From the NCBI RefSeq assembly GCF_006345805.1, contig NC_042998.1, positions 94,798,001 to 94,862,000 of the forward strand: a stretch of 64,000 nucleotides of DNA, written 5' to 3'. Made by a program: the position numbers and the translations under genes. The notes beneath the pieces were generated by a model. That model saw nothing but the letters and a program-made list of their open reading frames with translations, did no database searches and had not been told where the DNA came from. Below, piece by piece: positions 23,284 through 34,959 of the stretch; within the stretch, counting starts at the first letter, position 1; every line of letters begins with the position of its first letter. This DNA is from Octopus sinensis. Lineage: Eukaryota.

Positions 23284-24077
23284 TTAGTTTCCCTGAGTTG
23301 CTGTAGTCTTTTTAGTTATTGTGGGTAGAGAGCACTCAGACCAGCTGGTATCTCTCTTCCACGTTTCAGCAGTCTTGACAAATCTCCAGATTTGTCCATC
23401 TTCCCGAAGACTGAAGCTTTCCTGTAGAGCTGAGTTCCTATTCAGGGAAGCCACTACACATAGCTTCGGACGTACATCGGACGGTAAGCCTGGGCGTGTT
23501 CGGAAGGTGGTCCGATTTTCCCGCCTAGCTTTAACTGAGGCCAGATGGTAAGAGGTTGCCTCAGTGGGGTCCGTAAAAGACAACTTGATGAGCCTAGGTT
23601 TTGGGCCAGGTCGTCCAAGGCGGATAGCACCCGTTGGGGGAACGCAGCCTAGGTCTTTGGCTGAGTTGGCAGCAAAAGCCTGAAGATCAGCCATGTCTTC
23701 TGGCACCCAATTGGCAATGACTTCATGGGTGGCAGAATCCGCGGTCTTAAATGCGACAAGAGGTACAGGTACAGGGAGGTTCTTTAGCAGAGCATTCCGA
23801 TAAGACCCCTCATTGTGGAGTCCAACCTGAATGGTTGCTTTTATTCCTGCTACTTCCCCTTTTAAAGCACAGATCGATTGTTGCAGTTCTGCAAGAACCG
23901 CACTGGTCAATTGGTGTTGTTGTTGTTGCTGCTGTTGCTCTGGTTGTGGTTGATTTTGTTGTTGCTGTTGTTGTTGTTGATGTTGTTGTTGCTGCTGTTG
24001 CTCTGGTTGTGGTTGATTTTGTTGTTGCTGCTGCTCTGGTTGTGGTTGATTTTGTTGTTGCTGCTGCTGCTGCTCTA

Positions 24078-24108
<31 letters not shown>

Positions 24109-24507
24109 TTGCTCTGGTTGTGGTTGATTTTGTTGTTGCTGCTGTTGCTGTTCCGCCTCCTCCACGGGAGTGGCAGGGGGAGACACAATCGTCGGTTGTG
24201 GAGGCACGCAGGCCTGACACTGAAAAGTCCAAGATTTAAGCTGAACCATCTTCCAGAGTCTATCCATCATAGCATTATGATGGCTCTTTTTTTGGCCTGG
24301 GATCTTCTGAAAGTCCGTGGCACATTGGAGGCAGACAGAGATGAGACATGTCCCACATTCGACCCAGCGATTACGGAACGTATTTTCGGGTTCCGTACAG
24401 ATGTGGCAGGTGTGATTTTCTGAGCAGTGTTCTATTTTAGAGCAGCGACCAGTCTTATCGCACGCCGCTATGGATTTCACCATGGCGATTCTGTTGGTTC
24501 TGGTCAT
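23284..24507 (-). CDS. LINE ORF1: PHD-like finger, polyQ tract, coiled coil and RRM-like C-terminus
   Basis: CHIC..ECGTCLISVCLQC..FQCQAC, an ~80-aa Q-rich tract, LQQSICALKGEV and AIRLGRPGPKPRLIKLSF. Confidence 0.85.
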
Positions 24508-24555
24508 CCGTAGAGACAGAAAATGTAAACAACAATACGATAAAAGTAAAATGTG

Positions 24556-24875
24556 AGGGCGCGTGGCTTAGTGGTTAGGGCATTCGGCTCATGATCGTAA
24601 GGTTGTGAGTTCGATTCCCGGCGACGCGTTGTGTCCTTGAGCAAGACACTTTATTTCACGTTGCTCCAGTCCACTCAGCTGGCAAAAATGAGTTGTACTT
24701 GTATTTCAAAGGGTCAGCCTTGTCACTCTCTGTGTCACGCTGATTATCCCCGAGAACTACGTTAAGGGTACACGTGTCTGTGGAATGCTCAGCCATTTGC
24801 ACGTTAATTTCACGAGCAAGCTGTTCCGTTGATCGTATCAGCTGGGACCCTCGTCGTCGTAACCGGCGGAGTCTT
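24556..24875 (+). mobile_element. tRNA-derived SINE with well-preserved A and B boxes
   Basis: A-box-like gtggcttagtggt, B-box gagttcgattcc and CORE-like gtgtccttgagcaagacact. Relatives at 43792-44126(-) and 54953-55230(+). Confidence 0.85.
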
Positions 24876-25154
24876 TAAAAGTAAAATATAAAATATTTGT
24901 TTTTGATTCGTTCTTTTTTGTGTATATTCCTTGTTCTTAAATATTGTGTGTGTATATACACATGTTTCGTTCTTTTTTGTGTATATTCCTTTTTTTCTTA
25001 AATATTGCGTATATATATATATATACCGTCCAACCCATGCTAGCATGGAAAGCGGACGTTAAACGATGATGATGATGATATATATGTATATATATCTGAT
25101 ATATCTGTCTATATATATATATAAAACAACAAACTTTGAAGTGCCAAGTGAGCT

Positions 25155-25425
25155 GGGGTTTTTTATACAGAAAATAAAAGAGGTCTTGAATGCAGAACAG
25201 CTATGGAAACAGCTCAGAAGATTCAGCATATACTCTTAGAAGATGGAAAAAAGTGGCTGGTTAACCGCTAGAGAGGATTGAAACCTGAACCTCTCAAGTT
25301 CCGGCTATTTGAAGAAGTTCAGGGCTCACTTCTGTGTAATGGCTTGCTGGCCATTTTTCTGTCTTCTAAGGGTATTTACCAAATCTGAGCTGTTTTCACA
25401 GCTATTCTGCATTCAAGACTTCCTT
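25155..25425. repeat. Imperfect ~270-bp inverted repeat (MITE-like or fold-back)
   Basis: gtcttgaatgcagaacagct..aaacagctcaga pairs with tctgagctgttttcacagctattctgcattcaagac. cttagaaga pairs with tcttctaag. Confidence 0.6.
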
Positions 25426-25433
25426 TCTTTTCT

Positions 25434-25483
<50 letters not shown>

Positions 25484-25505
25484 AATATATATATATGTAT
25501 CTATC

Positions 25506-25545
<40 letters not shown>

Positions 25546-25547
25546 GC

Positions 25548-25601
<54 letters not shown>

Positions 25602-26052
25602 CAGTCTTCTTTCAGTTCCCATCAACCAAATCCACTCACAAGGCTTTGGTCAGCCCGAGGCTATAGTAGAAGACACTTGCCCAATGTGCCACACACTGGG
25701 ACTGAACTCGGAACCATGTGGTGATAAGCAAGCTACTTACCACACAGCCACTCCTGTACCTAAATATATATTTTAAATTTGTTTTTAGGAAATGCCTTGA
25801 ATATGCAAATAAAGCTCCTATTCCATTATGCTGGCCATATTCCAATGATGTTGATTGGGTGAGCCAAGTTTTTGAGGTTGCATGTTATATTGCCTGAAGA
25901 AATGAATCCATGAAGATGATATACTTGATGTCCATGGATACTACAGACTGTGCTGTAATCATCCCAGGAATACTGATTGTAATCTTAAGAGACATGTAAT
26001 TTGTGGGAATGCATGTAGTAATGCATTAAATGTTTATAAATTCCATCCAAGG

Positions 26053-26090
<38 letters not shown>

Positions 26091-26522
26091 CATTATTATC
26101 ACTATATGCACGCTAGATGAAATGCTGAATGGTATTTTGGCCATTGCTACATTCTGAGTTCAAATTCTGCTGAGGTTGACTTTGCTTTTCATCCTTCCAG
26201 GATCAATAAAATAAATACCAGTTGAACACTGGGGTCGATGTAATCAACAAATCCCCACCTCCCCCAAGCTGCCCATGTGGAAAAATTTGAAATAATTATT
26301 ATTATTACTATATGCACGCTGGACAAAATGCTTAGTGGTATTTCACCCGTCGCTAAATTCTCAGTTCAAATTCTGCTGAGGTTGACTTTACCTTTCATCC
26401 TTTCAGGGTCAATAAATTAAGTACCAGTTGGGTACTCGGGTTGATGTAATCGACTATCCTCCTTTCCCAAATTCCAGGCCTTGTGTCTATTATAGAAAGG
26501 ATCATTATCCATGATAAAGTTC

Positions 26523-26565
<43 letters not shown>

Positions 26566-26689
26566 TATGTATGTATGTATTGTTGTATTTAGGAATGGTC
26601 ATGTTGCCAGTTTAGCCAATAAAAACACACGCACTATTTTTTTGGTGCTAATTTGCTTCAACTTTATTTATTTTTTACATTAATCTTAA

Positions 26690-27790
26690 TCTTATTTCGG
26701 CCAGAGTTCTTTCATCCCACTTCTGTGACCTCATCAGTGGTCCTTTGCTTTCTTCTTTCTTATTTGTGTGTCTATCCTTACTAATGATCAGCCATTTTGT
26801 ATTTTGTATTCTTATTGTATGTGTCTTTATTTGCACATGTGTATACCCCTATGTGTGTCTATATTTAGTTTGTGTGTGGGGGGGGGGAGTGCCTGTATTA
26901 TTTGTATCCCTTGTTTATACACGTTCGTGTAATTTGTTTTTGTTTATTTTGTTCATGTGTTTATACCTACTTATTATTTTTTTGTATTTAAGTAAATTAA
27001 TTTTTTTAAAATTTTGTTAATGTATATAGTTATTTAATTCCATTTGTTTATCTGTGTATTTTATTATATTTTTGTTTTGTTTATATTGTTATCAGTTTAT
27101 TGGGATCTTATTCTGTCATGTGTTGTGGTATGTTGGGGGGGGGTGCGCTAGTGTTCCGTTGCAGTTTCCTATTCAGGCTAGGTTTATCTTCTATTATGTG
27201 TGTAGCTTCTGTAATTTGTCTAATTGTTGCATTTGTTCTATGTGTGGACAAGATTTTAACTTCAATATTGTTGAGTGAGCCTCCGTGTTCTTGCTCAGTG
27301 TACTGGTACAGAACCAATGAGCTCTTTTCTTCCTTAAGTTCTCTCCAATGTTCATTTACCCACTCTCTTATGCTCTGTGCCGTTTCCCCTTCGTACATCG
27401 TTGTCTTGTTACTGCATCGTCCCTCTGTACATCTTATACTATACACTACATTTCTGGTTTTACAGTTTGTTTGTGGGCTAAATCTACACACAGTACAGTT
27501 CCTGTCTGACATGAGCCCCTGGCTCAGCTGGCTCTGGCTGACAGTACCCGGTATGGATCCCTATCCAGGGTTACAGAAAGGAGACAACCTTCAAAGAAAT
27601 CTGGAGTGGAGCTCCATAGGTGATTTAGTGTTTGACTTAACACTCTTCCTGCAGCTCCTGCAACCAAGCTGGTGCCAAACATAATGCTCTGCACTCCTTT
27701 GGACTATGTCAGCAAGGTCGAGAGAGGAATCCTGATGATTGGGCTACCCAGGATTTTCTTACATTTAACCCAGGCCTATGCAAAACTGGA
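26690..27790 (-). mobile_element. 3' fragment of a Penelope-like element (GIY-YIG ORF end plus hammerhead)
   Basis: The ORF at 27108-27512 reads CTVC..NCKTRNVVYSIRC..YEGETAQSIREWVNEH, a GIY-YIG signature. A same-strand hammerhead core lies at 26695-26743. Confidence 0.8.
26695..26743 (-). ncRNA. Hammerhead core truncated after GAAA
   Basis: GGACCA CUGAUGA GGUC..GGCC GAAA. The expected stem I partner UGGUCC is absent. Confidence 0.6.
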
Positions 27791-27974
27791 GAGAAAACTG
27801 GAGATGACATGAAATGTAAAAACCAGACTGGATTAATTCATGCGCAACTTGATTGTCTCCTGAAGACAAAAGGATGCCAACAACATATATTTATACATAT
27901 ATACATATATATATATATACTCATATATATACATATATACACATACATATATACATATAAATCTCTATATATAC

Positions 27975-28166
27975 AATGGTTGTATACTGTCAATTTAACG
28001 TGACAGTAGGGGATTACACCACCGCTGTTTAGCCCTAGGAAGCATTGACGCTTCCTGTCGGCTTCGACACATTTTTTTTTCCCTGTGAAGCATCGATGCT
28101 TCCTGGAGCTAAACAGCGGTGGTGTAATCCCCTACTGTCATGTTAAATTGACTGTATACAACCATT
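27975..28166. repeat. Inverted repeat with ~75-bp diverged arms
   Basis: aatggttgtatactgtcaatttaacgtgacagtaggggattacaccaccgctgtttagc.. and its reverse complement, with several transitions. Confidence 0.8.
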
Positions 28167-28293
28167 CTATCGCCCAACCACCGTACATATCTCTATGAGA
28201 TATTTAGAAATTTAATATTTCTGATCTATATATACATATATACATAAAACATCTATACATATACATCTATACATTTGCATGTATATATGCAAG

Positions 28294-28324
<31 letters not shown>

Positions 28325-28959
28325 ATATATATATGAGATAATAGTTTCACTTTCATAGTTTCAGTATTAATAGTCAAACTATTAAACTGAAGGCATCTCA
28401 CATTACAATAGAGAGATGTTATTGTTTCACTTTTGACATGTAATACTGAAATAGAGTAAGAGAAAAGAGATTGCTCTGGGCTCATAATAGGCAAGAAGTT
28501 GAAAATTATTTTGGCCCATGACACTGCATGGACCGTAAGTAAAGCATGTGTAAAATTTGAATGAAATCAGTTGGGTAGCTCTCAAGTTTTATGGATTCAT
28601 ACAGACAGGCAGACAGACAGGCAGACAGACAGACAGACACACACACACACATACACACACAGAAACACGTTCTCAGTTTTATATATTAGGATATATATAT
28701 ATGTGTGTGTGTGTGTATGTATGTGTATGTATGTGTATCTATGTATTATGTATGTATGTAAATATATATGTATGTATGTATATATATCTATATAATGGGC
28801 TTCTTTTCATTTCCGTCAACCAAATCTGCTCACAATGCTTTGATTGGCCAGAGGCTATATTAAAAGACTTGCCCAAGGTGCCATGCAGTCGGACAACCCC
28901 ATGTGGTTGAGAAGAAAGCTTCTTACCACACAACCATGCTTATATATATATATATATAT

Positions 28960-29489
28960 AATTATATTAAATTAGAGATAAAACCACTATTAGGCAAATC
29001 AAACAGTGAAAAACATAAGCCAATACATAAAATTAATTTAAAATATAAAAGTTAAAAATAAAAAATTATTTAAATAATTTAAATTTATAAATTTTATATA
29101 TATATACAAATATATATATATATGTATGTATATTTTTATATTTATATATTATTTTATTAATTAATTAATTAATTGATTAATTAATTAATTAATTTATTTA
29201 TTTATTTATTTAATTTTTATATATATCAAAAGTATTAAAAGTTTAATAAAAAATAAATAAATAAATAAATAAATTAATTAATTAATTAATAAAATAATAT
29301 ATGAATATAAAAATATACATACATACATATATATATATATTTGTATATATATATAAAATTTATAAATTTAAATTATTTAAATAATTTTTTATTTTTAACG
29401 TTTATATTTTAAATTAATTTTATGTATTGGCTTATGTTTTCCACTGTTTGATTTGCCTAATAGTGGTTTTATCTCTAATCTAATATAAT
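28960..29489. repeat. AT-rich ~530-bp fold-back palindrome
   Basis: ttagagataaaaccactattaggcaaatcaaacagtg..catacataaaatt is mirrored at 29400-29489. The arms differ in microsatellite lengths. Confidence 0.85.
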
Positions 29490-29585
29490 CTAATATAATA
29501 TATTTATACTATAAAATTGGATTTAATCCTAAATCTCATTTTCCCTGTAAGTTTGGATTTATTCCCTAACATTATTATTATATAT

Positions 29586-32500
29586 ATCATCATCATCATC
29601 ATCATCATCATCATTTAACGTCCGCTTTCCATGCTAGCATGGGTTGGACGGTTCAACTGGTGTCTGGGGAGCCCGAAGGCTGCACCAGGCCAGTCAGATC
29701 TGGCAGTGTTTCTACAGCTGGATGCCCTTCCTAACGCCAACCACTCCGAGAGTGTAGTGGGTGATTTTATGTGCCACCGACACAGGTGCCAGACGAGGCT
29801 GGCTAACGGCCACGCTCGGATGGTGTTTTTATGTGCCACCGACACAGGTGCCAACAAGGTGGCAGACGACCACGCTCGGATGGTGTTTTTATGTGCCACG
29901 ACACAGGTGCCAGACGAGGCTGGCGAACGGCCACGCTCGGATGGTTGTTTTATGTGCCACCGACACAGGTGCCAGACAAGGCTGGCAGACGACCACGCTC
30001 GGATGGTGTTTTTATGTGCCACCGACACAGGTGCCAGACGAGGCTGGCGAACGGCCACGCTCGGATGGTGTTTTTATGTGCCACCGACACAGGTGCCAGA
30101 CAAGGCTAGCAGACGACCACGCTCGGATGGTGTTTTTATGTGCCACCGACACAGGTGCCAGACGGGCTGGCGAACGGCCACGCTCGGATGGTGTTTTTAT
30201 GTGCCACCGACACAGGTGCCAGACAAGGCTAGCAGACGAAACCGCTCGGATGGTGTTTTTTTATGTGCCACCGACACAGGTGCAGACGAGGCTGGCGAAC
30301 GGCCACGCTCGGATGGTGTTTTTATGTGCCACCGACACAGGTGCCAGACAGGCTAGCAGAGACCACGCTCGGATGGTGTTTTTTTATGTGCCACCGACAC
30401 AGGTGCCAGACGAGGCTGGCGAACGGCCACGCTCGGATGGTGTTTTTATGCCCCCGACACAGGTGCCAGCCAGACAAGCTAGCAGACGACCACGCTCGGA
30501 TGGTGTTTTTTTTTTTTTTTTTTATGTGCCACCGACACAGGAGCCAGATTAGGCTGGCGATCGGCCACGATTGGATGGTGATTGTTACGTGCCCACAGCA
30601 TGGAGGCCAGTCGGTGCGGTACTGGCTACGCCCACGTTCGGATGGTATTCTTGTGTGCCACCGGCACTGGTACCACAAAGATACAAATTCCATTGATGTT
30701 CATCTATTTTGATTTTGTTGATTTTCACTTGCCTCAACAGGTCTTCACAAGTGTCACAAGAAGGAAGGTATGCACAGGTGGACTGACTACATCCTAGGTA
30801 GGGGCCACGGGTTATGGCCTGACTAGTCTTCTTGCGGGTCTTCTCACGCACAGCATACTTCCATAGGTCTCGGTCTCTAGTCATTTCCTTGGTGAGACCT
30901 AAAGTTCGTAGGTCGTGCTTCACCACTTCGTCCCAGTTTTCCTGGGTCTACCTCTTCCACAGGTTCCCTCAACTGCTAGGGTGTAGCACTTTTGCACACA
31001 ACTATCTTCAGCCATTCTCGTCATATGACCATACCAGCGCAGCCGTCTCTCTTGCACACCACAACTGACGCTTCTTAGGTTCAACTTTTCTCTCAAGGTA
31101 CTTACACTCTGACGATTATGAACACTGACATTACACATCCATCGGAGCATAGTGGCTTCATTTCTTGTGAGCTTACGCATATCCTCAGCAGTCACGGCCC
31201 ATGTTTCACTACCATGTAGCATGGCTGTACGTACACATGCATCATAAAGTCTGCCTTTTACTCTGAGCGAGAGGCCTTTTGTCACAGCAGGGGTAAGAGC
31301 TCCCTAAACTTTGCCCAGGCTATTCTTACTCTAGCAGTTACACTTTCAGCACACCCACCCCCGCTACAACCTGGTCTCCAAGGTAGCGGAAGCTATCAAC
31401 TACTTCTAGTTTGTCTCCCTGGAACGTGGTAGAAGTTGGTCTCTGCACATTTCCAGTGTTATTTCTCCTGAGCATCTGCCACATACGAAAACTATCTTCC
31501 CAGTTAGCCTTCCTTTGACATTGCTGCACCTCTATGTGTCCATAGCTTACACTTGGTGCACCTTATAGAGTTTCTACCTACACCTTTTCTACAGATCGAG
31601 CAGGGCCATCTACCTGAAGTCGTTTGTGGTTGGTCCACCTTCCTACTTATTAGGACTTTGGTTTTGCTAGGTTGATTCTAAGGCCCTTCGACTCTAATCC
31701 TTGTTTCCACAACTGAAACTTCTCCTCCAGTTCTGATAGTGACTCAGCAATTAGAGCAAGGTCATCAGCATATAGGAGCTCCCAGGGGCATCCTGTCTTA
31801 AATTCTTCCGTTATTGCCTGGAGGACTATGATAAATAGGAGGGGGCTGAGGACTGAACCTTGGTGGACCCCAACCTCTACCCGGAATTCTTCACTGTACT
31901 CGTTGCCAACCCTCACCTTACTAGCTGCGTCTCTGTACATGGCTCGCACAGCTCTCACTAAGCATTCATCTATCCCTAGTTTCCTCATTGACCACCAGAT
32001 AAGGGATCGGGGGACCCTGTCAAAGGCTTTCTCTAAGTCAACAAAAGCCAGGTACAAGGGCTTACCTTGGCTAGGTATTTCTCCTGCAGCTGTCTTACCA
32101 GGAATATAGCATCAGTAGTACTTTTCCCTGGCACGAACCCAAACTGCATATCATCTAAGCTAACTCTCTCTCTAATTAACTGGGCTATAACCTCTCCGTA
32201 ACCTTCATTACCTGATCCAACAGCTTGATGCCCCTGTAGTTATTTGTATCTAGGGCATCTCCTTTACCTTTGTAGCAGTTGACTAGTATGCTGCTACACC
32301 AGTCATTGGGTATGACTCCTTCGTGTATCACCTGGTTAACTATACGGGTGACTATGCTATAGCCGACACTACCAGATATTTTGAGCATCTCTGCAGTAAT
32401 TCCTGATGGGCCTGGGGCTTTCCCTGTCTTCATGCTTCTAATTGCCTTAGCTACCACGGAACTATCAACTCGGATAGCTGGTTCTCTGTTGGGTCAACAT

Positions 32501-33881
32501 TCGGCAGACTCTCTTATCCCATTCATTTTCCTCATTCAGCAACCTTTCATAGTGGCATCTCCAAGCTTCTCTTCGCATCCTCATTTAGCGCAAGTGAACC
32601 ATCCTCCATGCGAACACATTTCTCTCCTACCACATCACGATTCTCTCTCACACACTGTCTTGCAACACGAAATACCCAAGTCTTTCATCCTCACGGCGCA
32701 GGACATTGGCAAACTTTCTTTTATCTGCTTCCCCTCTGGCTAGATAGACCTGTCTCCTAGCTTCCCTTCTGGCAGTCTGATACACTTCCCTGCTACCACC
32801 GTTCTTCCAGGCCTTCCAAGCCTGTCTCTTTTGTCTAATAGCCCTGTCAACAATATCGTTCCACCACCACGTTATTTTGGGTCTTAAGGGGACTTTGCAC
32901 CAGCCACAGATCTGGTCAGCGGCTTTCAGCAGGTTGTCCTCAGAAACGTCCAGTTGTCTTCTACCCCATGTGTAGCTATACCCCCTTCCACTTCGTCAAA
33001 GGCTTCAAGTAACATATCTCTAAATCTCTGTCCATTCGCAGGGTCTTTAAGCTTCCAGACCTTCTTCTCCATGTTGGTCGTCTTCTAGTCGCCCTCTTAG
33101 TCCTGATCCTAAAGTCACTAACTACCAGTCTATGTTGTGGGGGTGCTTCTTCGCCTGGGAAGGTTTTGGCATTTATAAGCAGCCATCTTTCCCTTTTTCT
33201 GGCAAGGATGTAGTCGATTTGGCTAGTATGCCGGCCCGATCGGTAGGTGACCAGGTGGCTTGTTGGTTTCCTGAAGTTAGTGTTGCAGATCATAAGACTA
33301 TTCGCATCGCAGAACTCCAGCAGCCTGGTTCCCTCCTCGTTGCGGGAACCATAACCGTAGCCTCCATGCACGTCGTCCAACATGCCCATTGAAATCACCA
33401 GCCACAAAGAGAAGGTCCCTGTCGTTCGTCAATGAGGTGGTCTGCAGTAGGGTGTCATAGAAACTGTCTTTCTGTCCATCGGGTAGCCCTGGCTGAGGGG
33501 CATAGGCCGATTTAATGGTTGCTAATCTATTATGAAGCACTATTCTAATCTTAAGTATTCTGTCACTTACTCTGATTACCTCAATTACTCTATCTATCCA
33601 TTTCTCAGCGATAAGTATACCCACGCCACCACCCCGTCAGTGTTCCCTGCCCAGAAAAATTTGTACCTGTGTTCCTTGCCTGTGAGGAACCTAGCAGATC
33701 CTCCTCTCCACCTTATTTCTTGCATACAACATACATCAACACGTCTCCGTTCAAGCATTCGACTATCTCGCCAGACCTACCTTTCAGTGTGCAGCGTTGG
33801 GTGCCCACCCTGAGGGGGTGGAAGGTATTGACCCGAGAGGCCCAGGGACGGGGAGCAGTGCCGTCATGTACCTGAAAAGAA
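29586..33881 (-). mobile_element. RTE (BovB-like) LINE: frameshifted EN-RT ORF plus ~1.2-kb 3' UTR and (GAT)n tail
   Basis: EN fragments GILIAEKW, SAYAPQ, AGDFNGHVG and IDYIL. RT fragments KAPGPSGI, NYRGIKLL, DLEKAFD, HQGSVLSP, YADD and HGSETWA. ORF spans ~30823-33870 with many 1-nt deletions. Confidence 0.9.
29766..30680. repeat. 62-bp tandem array with alternating A/B subtypes inside the RTE 3' UTR
   Basis: ggatggtg recurs at 30001, 30063 and 30125. There are 12 alternating units plus ~3 divergent units. Confidence 0.9.
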
Positions 33882-33919
33882 ATATATATATATATATAGG
33901 GAGAGAGAGAGAGAGAGAT

Positions 33920-33920
<1 letters not shown>

Positions 33921-33962
<42 letters not shown>

Positions 33963-34370
33963 GTTTCTTTATTGGCCACACAGGGCTGCACACAGATGGG
34001 ACAAGTTACAAGGTAGAGCTTTTCTTTTGGGGAATGAAGAAAACAAAAAAAAGGGGGGGGGGCGTAGGTTTTCGATCAAGAGGGATCGTAAAAGGGAAGA
34101 AAAGAACAAAAAAAAAATAAATAAAAATAAAAAATAAAAAGAATAAAAAAAGGAAAAGGAAAAGGAACAAGAGAAAAGAGAAATGAAAAAAGAAGAAAAA
34201 GGGGGAAGAAAAGGGGAAGAGGGAAAAAAAGAACGATCAATAGGAATCGTGTATCACAGTGTTATGATATATGGTGTAAAGGGGAAAGCAAGTAAGGTTT
34301 ATCCGTGGGAAGAAAAGCCTACGAAAAAGACCACGGTAACCTTGGTCAATATTGTTATATGTTACCACAT
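33921..34370 (-). mobile_element. Probable LINE 3' end inserted in (GATA)n
   Basis: The minus strand ends GGCCAATAAAGAAACTT followed by (ATCT)n, after a pyrimidine-rich UTR. A second (GATA)n lies at 34381-34485. There is no coding part. Confidence 0.4.
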
Positions 34371-34380
34371 TTGTGGTAAC

Positions 34381-34485
<105 letters not shown>

Positions 34486-34827
34486 CACTCACACACATAC
34501 ACTCACACATGTACCATTTTATCTGTGCTGACACTGCTTGTTAGTTTGATACCCAAACAGGTTAAACTGTTAAAAACTGCACAAGGCAGGCATACTAGAT
34601 ATGGGAGTTAGTATTTAAATGCTTCAAATGATATTATTTTGTTTTTAGAAATAAATCTTTCAAAAATGACATTGCATATTTACATTTGCAATATCTGTGT
34701 ATGTGTGTGTGTGTGCATATATATATATATATAGGGAGAGAATTCACAAAAAAAAAACAAAAGACGAAGACAGGTGGTGTAGACAACAAACTGATGTATT
34801 AGTATAACACTCAGGAAGTAAAAAAGT

Positions 34828-34863
34828 CTTTAACGTTTCGAGCTTACGCTCTTCCACAGAAAG
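34828..34863 (-). ncRNA. Minimal hammerhead-like variant, family 3
   Basis: CUUU CUGUGGAA GAGC GUAA GCUC GAAAC GUU AAAG, inside a (TA)n-flanked repeat (~34733-34930). Confidence 0.45.
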
Positions 34864-34959
34864 GAACACAGAAAGAAACAAGGAGAGAAAATAAAGAATG
34901 TTTAGTGGCTAGCAATCTATCATGGCGATTATATATATATATATATATACATACATATA

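Larger units (their letters stand above)
20376..24545 (-). mobile_element. Near full-length CR1-group LINE
   Basis: ORF1 plus ORF2, a short 3' UTR ending GTGCACCTGAGCACTGTACACAA and an (ATT)n tail. The 5' end is approximate and I identified no TSD. Confidence 0.9.

Noticed and set aside
23751-24423. Val/Leu/Thr-rich ORFs overlapping CR1 ORF1
   Set aside because: These are alternative-frame and antisense readings of the polyQ tract.
24556-24630. tRNA gene
   Set aside because: The tRNA-like head continues into a SINE body found elsewhere in the window, and there is no complete acceptor stem.
29766-30680. CRISPR-like array
   Set aside because: The units are contiguous with no unique spacers, there are no cas genes, and the array lies in a eukaryotic LINE 3' UTR.
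29615-30712. Long ORFs (241 and 263 aa) over the tandem array
   Set aside because: They are by-products of a stop-poor repeat read in several frames and on both strands, with no domain signature.
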